Shown here: one piece after another, positions 49,803 through 61,602 of the stretch
Layout of the letters: every line of letters begins with the position of its first letter
Numbering within the stretch: position 1 is the stretch's first letter
Assembly (NCBI GenBank): GCA_964513145.1
Contig: CAZELK010000004.1
Span: 29,939 to 93,938 of the forward strand
Length of the DNA: 64,000 nt
Origin: Candidatus Woesearchaeota archaeon
Lineage (GTDB): Archaea; Nanobdellota; Nanobdellia; SCGC-AAA011-G17; JACPIM01
Reading direction: 5' to 3'
Program-made: the position numbers and the translations under genes
Notes under the pieces: generated by a model
What the model saw: the letters and a program-made list of their open reading frames with translations, nothing else
Databases searched by the model: none
What the model was told of the DNA's origin: nothing

Positions 49803-50432
49803 TTGTGGCATTCTGGAGTGATAAATTTGGGGGCAGAAAAATTGAATAGAAAAATTTACAGTTTAATAGTAATTTTCTTAATGTTTTTAGTTCCTTTAGT
49901 CAATGGATTAGTCGGCACTATTGGAAATGCAAAGGCAATAGTTACTGTTGATTTGGAAAAAACAGATATTCTTGAAAGGACTGTTTTGGTAAGAAATGTA
50001 AACAATGTAAGCGTGACTATAAAACTAGAATCTGACGGAGATCTTGAAGACATTATAGAAATACTTGACAATGATTTTGTTTTAAAAGAAAATGAAGAAA
50101 AAAATGCAAGATTTAAAGTAACTATACCAAAAGAAGGAATTTATAATGGAAATATAATTGTATTTTTTAAACCACCTGAAGGCAAAGGGGCTGGTGTTGC
50201 TTTACAATCTACATGGACTATAAAAGCAATTAATGGTGATGGTGGAAATAATTTAGCAGATAATAAAGATGATAACACTGACAACAAAACTGCTTCTGAC
50301 AGCATAATAACAGGAAGCACAGTAGTTGATTCTATAAAAAATAATGATTTTAGCTTAGGCTTTATTGTATTTTTAGTTTTGGTTGCCATAGTTGTTGTAG
50401 CTGGGTTTATTATTTTAATGCAAAAAATATGA
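49803..50432 (+). CDS. secreted/membrane-anchored Ig-like protein
   Basis: N-terminal signal and C-terminal TM; true start uncertain (GTG/TTG). Confidence 0.75.
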   Translation: MWHSGVINLGAEKLNRKIYSLIVIFLMFLVPLVNGLVGTIGNAKAIVTVDLEKTDILERTVLVRNVNNVSVTIKLESDGDLEDIIEILDNDFVLKENEEKNARFKVTIPKEGIYNGNIIVFFKPPEGKGAGVALQSTWTIKAINGDGGNNLADNKDDNTDNKTASDSIITGSTVVDSIKNNDFSLGFIVFLVLVAIVVVAGFIILMQKI

Positions 50433-53400
50433 AAAAATCAGTTTTATGTTTAATTTTTGTATTTGTTTTATTAATAAGCATAGCAAATGCCAAAGATGTT
50501 GCATATGTTGCAAAAAATAATGGAAATCAGAATTTTATTGACATTTTAAACAGTTTAAGTTTAAGTTTTGATATTATCAACAATCCCGGAACTACAGATT
50601 TTTCCAATTATAAAATGATTTTAATCGGAAATGACATCTTTAATAATCAGAATGACATACCTGTTGACAAGTTTAGTTCCTTAATCATGAATAGTTTTCA
50701 TACAGATGACTGGGGCTTATCAAGAAATAATCCAAATAGCGTGGCTTCTTCACAGCCATTAAGCATTAAAAATATTGATGCAAACAAATATATTACAAAT
50801 GGATTAAATCAATTTTTGCAAGTATATTCTTCCTGCTGTTCTGGAAACGGCCTTGCATTACCTTTGTATTCATTAAGCAGGGCTGACCCAATTTCAAGAT
50901 ATATTGTGTCTTCAAATGTCAATGACCTTGATTCTGTAATTGCAGTTAATTTGCCTGGAACACGATTATTAAATAATAAAATAAGTCTTGGAAGAATTAC
51001 TTTTTTTGGCATTACAGAAACTAATTTCTGGACAAATGATGCAAGAGAATTATTCAAAAGAAGCTTATTATTTACATTAGGTGGAAATGATGCTGACAAG
51101 GATTCTTATGTTAATTCTTTAGTTGGAGGAAATGACTGCAATGACAATGATGCTTCAATACATCCAAATGCTGCTGAGATACCTTATGATGGCATAGACC
51201 AGGATTGTGATGGAAGAGACTTAAAAGATGCTGATAAAGATGGTTATGATGCAATTTCTGCTGGGGGAAATGACTGCAATGACAATGATGCTTCAATACA
51301 TCCAAATGCTGCTGAAATTCCAGACAATATAAACCAAAATTGCATGAATGATGCGCCTGTTTTGATAAATAATATTCCTAATTTAATTTTTAATGAGGAT
51401 ACTATAAAAAATAATGCCTATAATCTGAATAATTATTTTAGTGACACTGATGGGGATAGTTTAAGTTTTAATTTTGCCGGGAATTTAATGGTAAATATCA
51501 ATAATTTAAACGGGATTATTAATTTAAATCCTGAAAAAGACTTTTTTGGGAGCGAGACTATTATTTTTAGTGCTAGTGACGGCATAATAAATACATTAAG
51601 CAATGAAGTTGTTTTAACTGTAAATAATGTGAATGATGCGCCTGTTTTGATAAATAATATTCCAGACATAAATTTTGATGAAGACACAACTTATAATTTA
51701 GATTTAAATAATTATTTCAGAGATGCTGACGGGGATAGTTTAAGTTTTGATGTAAGCGGGAACTTAAGAACAAATTCAGATATTACAAATGGATTATTAA
51801 CATTAACACCACAAAACGATTTTTTTGGAAATGAAAATCTTAGATTTAGTGCAAGTGACGGAGTAATAAATACATTAAGCAATGAAGTTGTTTTAACTGT
51901 AAATAATGTGAATGATGCGCCTGTTTTGATAAATAATATTCCAGACATAAATTTTGATGAAGACACAACTTATAATTTAGATTTAAATAATTATTTCAGG
52001 GATGCTGATGGGGATAGTTTAAATTTTGGTTTTACTGTGGGCAATTTTGTTTCTGTTTTAATAGATTCCAATGGGCTAGCAAGCCTGACTGGGGCACAGA
52101 ATTTTTACGGTACTGATGCTGTTACTTTTTATGCCTTTGACAATTTCGGGACAGCACAGTCAAATTCAGTAAATTTAAATATTTTAAGCAAAAATGATGC
52201 ACCACAAATAATTTCAATTGATATACTTGACAAAAACAATAATGAAGCTACTGCTTTTTATGAAAATGAAACTTATCTATTCAGATCTATTGTCAGTGAC
52301 ATTGAAAATGACAGTTTAAGCTATGAATGGCATTTAGACAACCAGCTAATCAATACTAATAATGAATTTACTTATGAATTTAATTTTAACAGCCAAGGAA
52401 ATAAAAATTTAAAATTGATTGTCAGAGACAATTCTTTATCAAGTATACAGGAATTTAACATCAGTGTAAATAATATTAATCATGTTCCTTATTTTTTAAT
52501 GAGTGAACAATTTAACATGAATGAAGATGAAGAAACTACAATTAATTTAAATGCTGTTGACCCAGACAATGATATCTTGAGTTTTAGTGTTACAAATGGA
52601 GACAATGTTAACTGTGTGATAAATAATAATTTATTACAAATCAGGCCTTTATTAAACTGGTTTGGAACAGATAACTGCCTATTAACTGCAAGCGATGGAA
52701 TTTCAGAAAATAACCTCAATATATTGATTAATGTAAACAAAGTGAATGATGCGCCAAAAATTTCTTCTTATATCCCGCTTAATCCTGATTTAAGAATAAA
52801 ACAAAATTCTGAATTATTTTTTAGTATTGAAGCCAATGACACTGAAAATGACATTTTATCTTATAAGTGGTATGTTAATAATGAGTTGCAAAGTTCTGAC
52901 AGCAATTCATTTAATTATTTATTCAATAATATTGGTGTAATTATTGCAAAAGTAATTGTCAGTGATAGCTTGCTTGACAATAGCATAACATGGAGAGTTA
53001 ATATTGTTGAAAATGTTGATAGCACTATATTTGATGGTGAAACCACTGATTTATTTAATGCTGACTTAAATAATTTAGACAAGTTAATACTGGAAAAGTC
53101 TAGTTTTGGAAAAATATTATTTTTAGAAAAAATATCCCTTGGCCAGAACAAAAACCTGAGTGAGAATGTCTTAATAAGCAACAAAGTAATTGGAGTAAAT
53201 ACACAAAATATGCCTGAATTAAACAAAAAGGCAAGGATTACTTTGCTTCACCAGTCTTATGCTTCAGAACCAGCTATCTTTAAATCAGACTTCTTTACAA
53301 ATGACATAACACAGATTAACCAGTTTTGCAATGAGTGCAGAATTATCAGCTTTACTTCAGGACCAACAAATGACGGCACAGTTATTTTTGAAGTGAATGG

Positions 53401-54481
53401 ATTTAGCAGTTATGCTGTAAAGGAGAATTTAAACCCTGCTACTAGCAACAATAATTTTTGCATTAACGGAAATAAAGGAAATATTAGAATAAATTTAGCT
53501 GATTTAGGCAATAAAGAAAAAGTTAACTTGGGAGAAAATTTAGATGTAGTTTTAGAAGTTAACAAAGAATCTATAGTTGAATATTTATTAACTGATGAAA
53601 ACAAGGAAACTGTTTTGGATGATTCTTTTAGCACTGATTCTGGAGAAACTGAATTTAATTTGGATTTGGAAGACTTAAGTTCTGGAGACTATAAACTTTT
53701 GATAAAAGCTTACCAGGAAAACAATGAGCAAAACAACTGCCATGAAAAGAGCATTAATATAAAAATTGACGGAGATAAAAGCAATGTAAAAGTCAAAGAA
53801 TTTTCAATACAGCCAAATGTTTTAAGATGCAATCAAATGGCTATTGGCGAGATACAGCTAGAGAATCTTGGCAGCCACAGCGAGGATGCCAGCTTAAGAA
53901 TTTATAATAAAGAACTTAATATTAATTTTGAGTCAAATAACATAAAACTAAGCAAATTTGGAAAAGACGGAAGCAAGACTAAAATTCGCTTTGAATTTAT
54001 GATTCCAGATAATCTGGAAGATAATTTTTATGATTTAAATATTATTTTGGATTATTCTGATAAAACTGAATTAAAAAAAGAAATCAAAATCAATAAATGC
54101 CAAGAAACAGAAATTAAAAATTACAAGAGCAATGGATTTTTTAATTTATTACAAGATGAAATCAATGTAAACAAAGACGGCAGATTTGTCATACCTGTTG
54201 AGATATCAAATAATGACAATAAAGCAAATAGTTTTGCTGTTGAAATAAATGATAATTCTGCAGAAACAAATTCAAAAGAAGTTATTTTAGATCCTTTACA
54301 GACTGCCACAATATATGTAGAAAGCAGATTAAATGACAAGGCTTATGGCAAGTCAAGCATTGTCATTAATCTGATAGAAAACAATCTTGTTGCAGAAAGC
54401 AGGGTAATTAACTTAAATTTAAACAAACAAGAAGACAAAACTTTTTTGGAATATCTGATGTCTTTATTGCGTTCTTTATAA
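50429..54481 (+). CDS. large surface protein: MopE-like repeats, cadherin-like/tandem-95 Ig repeats, C-terminal S-layer-like domains
   Basis: VNDAP repeats, DADGDSL, 1350 aa, signal peptide. Confidence 0.9.
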   Translation: MKKSVLCLIFVFVLLISIANAKDVAYVAKNNGNQNFIDILNSLSLSFDIINNPGTTDFSNYKMILIGNDIFNNQNDIPVDKFSSLIMNSFHTDDWGLSRNNPNSVASSQPLSIKNIDANKYITNGLNQFLQVYSSCCSGNGLALPLYSLSRADPISRYIVSSNVNDLDSVIAVNLPGTRLLNNKISLGRITFFGITETNFWTNDARELFKRSLLFTLGGNDADKDSYVNSLVGGNDCNDNDASIHPNAAEIPYDGIDQDCDGRDLKDADKDGYDAISAGGNDCNDNDASIHPNAAEIPDNINQNCMNDAPVLINNIPNLIFNEDTIKNNAYNLNNYFSDTDGDSLSFNFAGNLMVNINNLNGIINLNPEKDFFGSETIIFSASDGIINTLSNEVVLTVNNVNDAPVLINNIPDINFDEDTTYNLDLNNYFRDADGDSLSFDVSGNLRTNSDITNGLLTLTPQNDFFGNENLRFSASDGVINTLSNEVVLTVNNVNDAPVLINNIPDINFDEDTTYNLDLNNYFRDADGDSLNFGFTVGNFVSVLIDSNGLASLTGAQNFYGTDAVTFYAFDNFGTAQSNSVNLNILSKNDAPQIISIDILDKNNNEATAFYENETYLFRSIVSDIENDSLSYEWHLDNQLINTNNEFTYEFNFNSQGNKNLKLIVRDNSLSSIQEFNISVNNINHVPYFLMSEQFNMNEDEETTINLNAVDPDNDILSFSVTNGDNVNCVINNNLLQIRPLLNWFGTDNCLLTASDGISENNLNILINVNKVNDAPKISSYIPLNPDLRIKQNSELFFSIEANDTENDILSYKWYVNNELQSSDSNSFNYLFNNIGVIIAKVIVSDSLLDNSITWRVNIVENVDSTIFDGETTDLFNADLNNLDKLILEKSSFGKILFLEKISLGQNKNLSENVLISNKVIGVNTQNMPELNKKARITLLHQSYASEPAIFKSDFFTNDITQINQFCNECRIISFTSGPTNDGTVIFEVNGFSSYAVKENLNPATSNNNFCINGNKGNIRINLADLGNKEKVNLGENLDVVLEVNKESIVEYLLTDENKETVLDDSFSTDSGETEFNLDLEDLSSGDYKLLIKAYQENNEQNNCHEKSINIKIDGDKSNVKVKEFSIQPNVLRCNQMAIGEIQLENLGSHSEDASLRIYNKELNINFESNNIKLSKFGKDGSKTKIRFEFMIPDNLEDNFYDLNIILDYSDKTELKKEIKINKCQETEIKNYKSNGFFNLLQDEINVNKDGRFVIPVEISNNDNKANSFAVEINDNSAETNSKEVILDPLQTATIYVESRLNDKAYGKSSIVINLIENNLVAESRVINLNLNKQEDKTFLEYLMSLLRSL
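51575..52022 (+). repeat. near-identical intragenic duplication, 279-bp period
   Basis: ~170-bp block starting AGTGACGG at 51575 and 51854. Confidence 0.9.
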
Positions 54482-54563
54482 TTGATATTTTAAAACAGTT
54501 GTTTTTATTCCAGCACTTTTTATTATAATAATGCTTATTAATAGGGCTGAAATAAATCGCCTG

Positions 54564-55625
54564 ATGAAAAAAGAATTAAGCGACTTTATTAAATTAAATA
54601 AAAGGGATTTTCTAAGATTAGCTGGAACTACTTCATTATTAACAATTCTGGGATGTGGGGATGATAAAGGTGATGACAATGTTCCTCCTCCACCACCGCC
54701 TGTGGCTGGAAATCCACAACCAGGACCACAACAGCAAATTGACTATCATAATTATACTGGTATGGTAAGAGACACTGATGGAAATCCATTAAATGTTGAT
54801 GTGTCTTTGTCTCAAATAGACCAGTTTCGCAATTTTACTGGAGTGCAATTTATAGATACTACAGACCAGAATGGCAGGTATGAACTTATTGTGACAAATG
54901 GTGATTATAGACTGGGTGTTACTATACCACCAGGATATTTTTCATTTTTTAGAGACTTAAGAATTGTAAGTTCTTCAGGAAATTTAACAGAAGATATTAC
55001 ATTAATAAGAAAAGTAGCTCTGGATCCAAATGCATTTTACAGAAATCCAAATACTAATGAGCCAAGTATATTGGAAATGATAAGAGACATCTCTGGAAAC
55101 AGACTAACTGACACAGTACAAAGAGTAAGAAGATTTGATATTGACGGCAAAAAAATTACTTATTTCTTAGACAGAAACAATGCACCAAGCGGGTATCTGG
55201 CAAGTGTTCTTAATGCATTAAGAGACTGGGAAGTTAAATCAGGATTATCTTTATTTGAAGAAATTGGAAATTCAAGAGATGCAAATATAATCATGTCTTA
55301 TGAAAGAATTGGCGGAAAGGGACTAACAGATTTATTGAATTTAGATTCTATGAATGGAGTGAGCATACCTGCAAGAGTAAAAGTAAGAATTAAGGATGAC
55401 TTAAGCCAGGCAGTTGTTAAAGCAGTTGCAGCAAGGGAAGTTGGACATTCTTTATTTGGGAAAGAAAGATATTCCCAAGACAGAAATCATGCCATTTTTA
55501 AGGATCCAAATTATCTTAATACAGGAGATCCATTAGGTGGCATGGATGTAACACCAGACGAAGGCAATGCTGTAAAATTATATTATAATTTGCCAATTGG
55601 TTTAGAATTAAAAAATTATAGTTAA
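54564..55625 (+). CDS. Tat-like lipoprotein with carboxypeptidase-regulatory-like domain and degenerate matrixin-like domain
   Basis: KRDFLRL, LGC lipobox, poly-Pro linker, REVGHSLFG. Confidence 0.7.
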   Translation: MKKELSDFIKLNKRDFLRLAGTTSLLTILGCGDDKGDDNVPPPPPPVAGNPQPGPQQQIDYHNYTGMVRDTDGNPLNVDVSLSQIDQFRNFTGVQFIDTTDQNGRYELIVTNGDYRLGVTIPPGYFSFFRDLRIVSSSGNLTEDITLIRKVALDPNAFYRNPNTNEPSILEMIRDISGNRLTDTVQRVRRFDIDGKKITYFLDRNNAPSGYLASVLNALRDWEVKSGLSLFEEIGNSRDANIIMSYERIGGKGLTDLLNLDSMNGVSIPARVKVRIKDDLSQAVVKAVAAREVGHSLFGKERYSQDRNHAIFKDPNYLNTGDPLGGMDVTPDEGNAVKLYYNLPIGLELKNYS

Positions 55626-55626
55626 A

Positions 55627-56022
55627 ATGGGTAATAAATTAATACAACTCGAAAAGAGATTATCCAAAGAAAAATTTAATGGAAACAGATTGGAGTGGCT
55701 TCATGGTATATGGGATTCTATAATTGATATTCAAAAAATAAGCACTTTTGTTTTTGCTTGTCAAGACAAAGAAAACAATTATTATAAAAGGGTTGCAAAG
55801 AATTTTAATTACAATTTAGAAAAAGCGAAGACAATTTATGTTGAAAAACAAGAAGTGAATTCTGAAGGCAAGGCTAATTGTTATGCATGCAATTCAAAAA
55901 TTGAATTTGCTGATATTATTAGATTTCATGTTTATATTCCTGGATCAGGAATACCAAGAGTTGAAAGTAAAATCTGGTTGCCTTACTGCCCAAAATGCGA
56001 AGGAATACCTAAAAAGAGTTGA
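55627..56022 (+). CDS. hypothetical Zn-ribbon protein
   Basis: CYAC and CPKC. Confidence 0.6.
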   Translation: MGNKLIQLEKRLSKEKFNGNRLEWLHGIWDSIIDIQKISTFVFACQDKENNYYKRVAKNFNYNLEKAKTIYVEKQEVNSEGKANCYACNSKIEFADIIRFHVYIPGSGIPRVESKIWLPYCPKCEGIPKKS

Positions 56023-56044
56023 TATATAAGACTGGTTATAATTT

Positions 56045-56971
56045 TCATTTTTTGTTTAAATTTATTATATATTTATGTGCTTCTAATGCAGCTACAGCAC
56101 CCATTCCAGCAGAAATTACTGTTTGTTTATGGGGAATTAATGTCAGATCACCAGCAGCAAACAAGCCTTCTGTTTTAGTATGACAATTTACATCCACAAT
56201 TATTTCGCCCAGTTCATTTGTATCTATTAAGCCATGAACTATTGTTGTATCTGTATCATAACCTATTTGTGTAAATACCCCATCTAATTGTATTGTTCTT
56301 TCTTTTTTTGTATTTACATCCTGAATTTTCAAAGATTTAACAAAAGCATCGCCAATAATTTCCAATGGTGCTGTGTTTAATAATAATTCAACATTCTTTT
56401 TTTTCTTCATTTGATTAACAGAAATTTCGTCTGCCTTAAATTCTTCTCTTCTATGAACAACATAAACTTTTTTTGTTATGCTGGCTGCTTCTAAAACTCC
56501 TTCAACAGCAGAATTTCCACCACCAATAACAGCAACAGTTTTATTTGCAAATAACGGCAAATCGCATGTCACGCATGTGCTGAGACCTTTTCCCAAAAAC
56601 TTATCTTCCCCAGGAATATTTAATTTTCTTCTTTTTCTTCCAAAAGCCAATATAACTGTTTTAGACTCGATGTCCTTGTTATTTTCCAATTTTATTGCAA
56701 AAACATTATTTTTTTTAATTATTTTTGTAACATTGTCTTCAAGAAATTCTGAACCAAATTCTTTTGCCTGTTTTTCAAATATTTCTACTAAATCTAAACC
56801 AGTACCTCTTTCATAACCAGGATAATTTTTAATATCATTTGTCAGGGCTGTTTCCCCACCTGGATGCGGGCCTTTAATTACCATGGTTTTTAGATCTTTC
56901 CTGCAAGAATAAATTGCAGATGTCAGTCCTGCTGCACCGCCACCAACAATTACAACATCATAGCTTTTCAT
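56045..56971 (-). CDS. trxB: thioredoxin reductase
   Basis: GGGAAG, CVTCD, GGGNSA, FAAGD. Confidence 0.95.
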   Translation of the reverse strand: MKSYDVVIVGGGAAGLTSAIYSCRKDLKTMVIKGPHPGGETALTNDIKNYPGYERGTGLDLVEIFEKQAKEFGSEFLEDNVTKIIKKNNVFAIKLENNKDIESKTVILAFGRKRRKLNIPGEDKFLGKGLSTCVTCDLPLFANKTVAVIGGGNSAVEGVLEAASITKKVYVVHRREEFKADEISVNQMKKKKNVELLLNTAPLEIIGDAFVKSLKIQDVNTKKERTIQLDGVFTQIGYDTDTTIVHGLIDTNELGEIIVDVNCHTKTEGLFAAGDLTLIPHKQTVISAGMGAVAALEAHKYIINLNKK

Positions 56972-57044
56972 TACTATACTTACTTAAAATGAATATATAA
57001 ATTTTTTTGTCAAATTTTATAAATACTGTTATCTTAGTAATTTT

Positions 57045-57776
57045 ATGGAAAAAGCTGTAAAAATAACTGTCATTATAAGTTTGGCTGTATTAATCCTTGT
57101 ATTTGGGGGCTTGTTTTTTATTAAAAACATAATTTCTTCTGCAAACAGCAATATTATAACTGCATCAGGAGAATCAAAAATAGAAGTAACTCCTGACATA
57201 ACAAGTGTTTATTTTTTAGTTGAAACAAAATTAAATACAGCAGAAGCAGCAAAGAATAAAAATAATGAAATCTATAATAAGATCATTACTTCTTTAGCTA
57301 TTCAGGGAATAAATAAAGATGATGTTAAGACAGAACAATTTAGTGTAAATGAAAACTGGGAATGGGATGGAGAGAAAAGCACCAGAAATGGGTTTATTGC
57401 ACAACATAATCTAAAAATTAACTTAAAAGACCCTGAAAATATAGGAAAAGTGATAGATGTTGTTGTAGACAATAATGCAAAAATAAATTATATTAATTTT
57501 GAACTGTCACAAGAAAAACAAGGCTTTTACAAGACAGAGGCTTTAAAATTAGCTTCTGAAGATGCAAAGAAAAAGGCTGAAGCAATTGCAACTGGACTTG
57601 AGAAAGAATTGGGAGAACTTGTTTCTGTACAAACAAGTGATTTTAATTACAGACCGTGGCCAATTTTTGCTGAAGGCAATGTAGTTGCAGAAAAAGCAGC
57701 TATTGAAAGATCCGCAATTAATCCTTCTGAAAAGGATATTATGGCTTCAGTTACAATCCAGTATAGACTGGAATAA
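57045..57776 (+). CDS. SIMPL (DUF541) domain protein
   Basis: G.SKIEVTPD, ALK.A..DAKKKAEAIA. Confidence 0.9.
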   Translation: MEKAVKITVIISLAVLILVFGGLFFIKNIISSANSNIITASGESKIEVTPDITSVYFLVETKLNTAEAAKNKNNEIYNKIITSLAIQGINKDDVKTEQFSVNENWEWDGEKSTRNGFIAQHNLKINLKDPENIGKVIDVVVDNNAKINYINFELSQEKQGFYKTEALKLASEDAKKKAEAIATGLEKELGELVSVQTSDFNYRPWPIFAEGNVVAEKAAIERSAINPSEKDIMASVTIQYRLE

Positions 57777-57880
57777 GTTTTTCTTGGATACTATATTATA
57801 TAGTATGGAATATAGTCACCGAAAGGTTTATATATAAATTACAACTTGGCGATAATAACAGAATTTGGGGGTTATATACT

Positions 57881-59860
57881 ATGAATAAAATTTTAGCATT
57901 ATTATTAGTTTTTTTAATTACAATTAGTTCGGTTATTGCTGCTGATTTAAGCGTAATAAATATAGTAAATCCAGTTCCGGGAAACCCTGGAAGCAGTGTT
58001 TCCGGAAGTTTTAATGTAAAAAATCAAAATATAAACACAGCTTTGAACGGGATTACATTTGTGAGATCTGATTTAACTCATACTTCAGATCCAGCAAGCA
58101 AGATTTTAAGCAGTTCTATTACTTTTAATCCGGCAAGCATAGCTGTATTAAATGCAAATGAAGTTTCTTCAGCAATAACTTCAACTGTTGCTATACAATC
58201 TGCTGCAAAAGCAGGTACATATACTGGCAATGTTGAAGTGAGAGACAGCACTGGGACTCAAACAACTATTTTTCCATTAAGTGTTGTTGTAAATAACTTC
58301 CCAAAAATTAATGTTGATACTTTCACAACTACTAATCCATTAGAAATGAGAGAAGAACAAGGTGAAACAGCTACAGGAACTTTTACAATAAGAAATGAAG
58401 GAAATGTGGCTTTATCAAATTTAGACATTAGTCACAATGTTGTTTTGACAGATGCTGATAATGATACTATAGTTTTATCATTTACAGGCTTGCCAGCTTC
58501 TTTAAACACAGGATCAAATGCAGTAATAACAGCAAGGGCAGCTATTTCAGATGATGTAGATTTTTCAACATATTCTGGAACTGTTACAGTCAAGGATTTA
58601 GTACAAAACACACAAGCAAGCTTTGCATTAAATATTTTAGTAGAGCCTACAGTTTGTTCTGACGGAGTAAGAAGTGACGGCAATGCTGGGGGAGATAATT
58701 TAAAATTAACATTTAAAGATCCAAAATCAAGTGATAGATTTGCACCTGGCGAGGAAATTAACATAAAAATAAGCGTGAAAAATAATGACAACAGTGATAT
58801 GGATGTTGTTGTTAATGTATTTTTATTTGATTTAGATGACAGCGATGTTTTAGTTGAAGGTGAAACTGAAACAATTTTAATTGACAATGGCGAGACTGAA
58901 GATTTTGAACTTACTTTAAAAATACCAACTGATGTTGATGTAAGCAATAGTTTTGCATTATTTGCAAGGGCTAATGAAGAAGATGAAGAAGACAGAAACT
59001 GCGGTGAATCTAGAAGAGATACTGAGATAAGAAGAGAAAGACACAGTGTAACACAAAACAAGATAACATTTACTCCAAGGATTTTAGCTTGCGGCGAGAC
59101 TTTTGATGCAGCTATTGATTTATTAAATATAGGAACTACAAAAGAAGACGGCATTACTGTAAGATTATTTGATGATGAATTAGACATTGATCAAATATCA
59201 AACCAAATAACATTAGACAAATTTGACAATAGTGAAGATCAATCAATTGTAAGATTCAGGGATATAAAATTACCAGCTAATGCTGCACCAAGAGATTATC
59301 AAGTAGAGCTGCTTTTATCATATGACAGCGGACAGAAAACAGAAAGCAAATTTGGGACATTGACTGTTAACAAATGTGATGCTGTTACACCAAGTTCTGG
59401 TGGAGAAAGCAGAAAAGTCAATTTACAGGTTTTAGTTTCAAGTTTTGACATACAAGGCGGGGAATCCTTAAGCATTCCAGCAACAATTACAAATACAGAC
59501 AAAGTACAAACACAATATGTTGTTGAATTACAAAATGCACAGGATTTTGCAGAATCAGCACCCTTACCTAAAACATTGACTTTAAACCCTGGCCAGAGTG
59601 AAACTGTTTACTTTAATGTGGCTACAAAATCTAGTTTAAACCCAGGCAAATACACAGGAACTGTTGTTGTAAAAAGCGGGAACACAATTTTAGACACAAA
59701 AGCAGTAACAGTAACAACTGAAAAGGAAGCTGGTTTCTTTGGAGGCTTGGGTGGTTTTGACACTACAAGAGTTTTCTGGATAGTAGCTGATATAATCCTG
59801 ATAATTGCAGCAATTTTCTTTATCAAGCTAATATTCGGAAGAAAGAAGACAGCTGAGTAA
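57881..59860 (+). CDS. putative S-layer protein
   Basis: signal peptide, tandem Ig/CARDB-like domains, C-terminal TM plus basic tail. Confidence 0.75.
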   Translation: MNKILALLLVFLITISSVIAADLSVINIVNPVPGNPGSSVSGSFNVKNQNINTALNGITFVRSDLTHTSDPASKILSSSITFNPASIAVLNANEVSSAITSTVAIQSAAKAGTYTGNVEVRDSTGTQTTIFPLSVVVNNFPKINVDTFTTTNPLEMREEQGETATGTFTIRNEGNVALSNLDISHNVVLTDADNDTIVLSFTGLPASLNTGSNAVITARAAISDDVDFSTYSGTVTVKDLVQNTQASFALNILVEPTVCSDGVRSDGNAGGDNLKLTFKDPKSSDRFAPGEEINIKISVKNNDNSDMDVVVNVFLFDLDDSDVLVEGETETILIDNGETEDFELTLKIPTDVDVSNSFALFARANEEDEEDRNCGESRRDTEIRRERHSVTQNKITFTPRILACGETFDAAIDLLNIGTTKEDGITVRLFDDELDIDQISNQITLDKFDNSEDQSIVRFRDIKLPANAAPRDYQVELLLSYDSGQKTESKFGTLTVNKCDAVTPSSGGESRKVNLQVLVSSFDIQGGESLSIPATITNTDKVQTQYVVELQNAQDFAESAPLPKTLTLNPGQSETVYFNVATKSSLNPGKYTGTVVVKSGNTILDTKAVTVTTEKEAGFFGGLGGFDTTRVFWIVADIILIIAAIFFIKLIFGRKKTAE

Positions 59861-59893
59861 AGTTTTTAACCTCTTTTTTTATTTTACTTTTAT

Positions 59894-60754
59894 ATGGATT
59901 TAGAAAATTTAGACAAGAAGATTAATTGCCTAATTTCCAAACTAAATTTTGACCTTTCCAATAAAAATAAAATTCTTAATGATCTGCAAAACATACTTCA
60001 TAATTCTGTAAAAAACAATACTGACACAAATAAATTCGGGCTTGCTTTTTCAGGCGGAGTAGATTCAACTTTAATTGCTTTTTTATGCAAAAAATTCAAA
60101 AGAGATTTTAAATTATATACTGTAAGCATTGGAGAAAAAGAAGACTTAATCTGGGCAAAAAAGATTGCAAATAACCTGAAGATACCAATTACAACAAAAA
60201 ACATTGATTTTGACGAGGCTTTTGAAATTATTAAAAAAGTATCAAAATTATTAAAGGAAGACCACCCAGTCAAGGTTGGAATTGGGTGCACTTTATACAG
60301 TGTATTTAATTTAATGAAAAATGACGGATTAAAGCATGCTGTTACAGGACTAGGAAGCGATACTTTATTTTGCGGTTTTGAAAAATACAAAAAAGCACTT
60401 GAAAATGGTGAACTTGAAAAAGAATTTTTAAATGGCATGAAAAAAATATATGAAAACGATGTTAAACGGGATTTATTAATTGCCAAAAGCCTAAATTTAA
60501 ATTTAATATGCCCTTATCTAGATGAAGAACTTATTTCTTATGCAATAAGAATAGATCCAAAATTGAAAATTGATGACAAAGAAAAAAAGATAATATTAAG
60601 GGAAGCAGCCTTTAATATCGGTCTTAAAAGAGAATTTGCATATAGAAAAAAATTAGCTGCACAATATGGAAGCGGGTTTGACAAGGCTATTGCAGTTTTT
60701 GCAAAGGAAAATGGCTTTAAACATAAGAGTGAATTTTTAAAAAGCTTACTTTAA
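59894..60754 (+). CDS. asparagine-synthase C-terminal (PP-loop) domain only
   Basis: FSGGVDS, GLGSDTLFCGF, KIILREAA, RKK.AAQYGSG; no glutaminase domain. Confidence 0.85.
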   Translation: MDLENLDKKINCLISKLNFDLSNKNKILNDLQNILHNSVKNNTDTNKFGLAFSGGVDSTLIAFLCKKFKRDFKLYTVSIGEKEDLIWAKKIANNLKIPITTKNIDFDEAFEIIKKVSKLLKEDHPVKVGIGCTLYSVFNLMKNDGLKHAVTGLGSDTLFCGFEKYKKALENGELEKEFLNGMKKIYENDVKRDLLIAKSLNLNLICPYLDEELISYAIRIDPKLKIDDKEKKIILREAAFNIGLKREFAYRKKLAAQYGSGFDKAIAVFAKENGFKHKSEFLKSLL

Positions 60755-60863
60755 ACTTTTAGAAAAAGTTTAATCAAAAACTAAGCCTTTTAAGAAAAGC
60801 GCTAGCGGAAAAGATAACTCGTTTAAGAAAAGCTTTACCAAAAAGTAGCTGTGACTGGGAGAT

Positions 60864-61133
60864 TCACTTAAGCCCGAAATTATTTAGAAAATCTTCAATT
60901 AATCTATACTTATTTATATACTCAAAACCTTTTCTTGTTAATTTGTAGGTCTTTCCTGTCTGATTTTCTTCTTCAACAAATTTTTTTTGTATTAATTCTG
61001 CAAGATATTCTTCCATCATTTGATGAGATAAGTTTGACTTGTAAAGAATGTGTGTGGGCTTTATTGTCCCATTTTTTTCTTCAATTGCCTTTAAAATATC
61101 GTATATTACCTGGAGACGATCTCGCTTTTTCAT
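60864..61133 (-). CDS. archaeal winged-HTH regulator
   Basis: RDRLQVIYDIL...KPTHILYKSNLS...YKLT.KG. Confidence 0.85.
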   Translation of the reverse strand: MKKRDRLQVIYDILKAIEEKNGTIKPTHILYKSNLSHQMMEEYLAELIQKKFVEEENQTGKTYKLTRKGFEYINKYRLIEDFLNNFGLK

Positions 61134-61364
61134 CTTGATTTAATATAAATAGAATGTGTTTAATATTTTTTGTGTTTATGAAACAAGATTGATTTTGATA
61201 GGCAAAGCTTAACAAGAAATTTGAAAATATACTTTCGATTTTTTTTACCTCTATTTAATAATTATATATGCTATATTTAAAACTTATTAAAGTTAAATCA
61301 TACCTTTCTTTAATAAATTATTAATAAATAGACCCATTATATCTTTCTCCTGGGGGGATTTATC

Positions 61365-61505
61365 ATGAAAAATTTAAGAAGCCTGGAGTTTGATTTACAA
61401 CTTAAGGAACAAAGGACTATGTATTGGGAAAAATTTCAGAAAATACCAGCATTAAATGACTTAACTAAAAATAGGAAAATCAGACACAATAAAAGGGAAA
61501 TATAA
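61365..61505 (+). CDS. possible small protein (46 aa)
   Basis: ATG after GGGGGG; MKNLRSLEFDLQLKEQR... Confidence 0.35.
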   Translation: MKNLRSLEFDLQLKEQRTMYWEKFQKIPALNDLTKNRKIRHNKREI

Positions 61506-61602
61506 AAAGAACAAGAAATTTTTTACAATTTTTGTAGTTTTATTAGATATTTTTCTGCATTACACCAACATATTTAAATAATATTTAGCTAAATTAAAAT
61601 TA

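Noticed and set aside
47936-51315. DGR template/variable repeats
   Set aside because: Both copies are in coding repeats, differences are not restricted to adenines, and no reverse transcriptase is in the window
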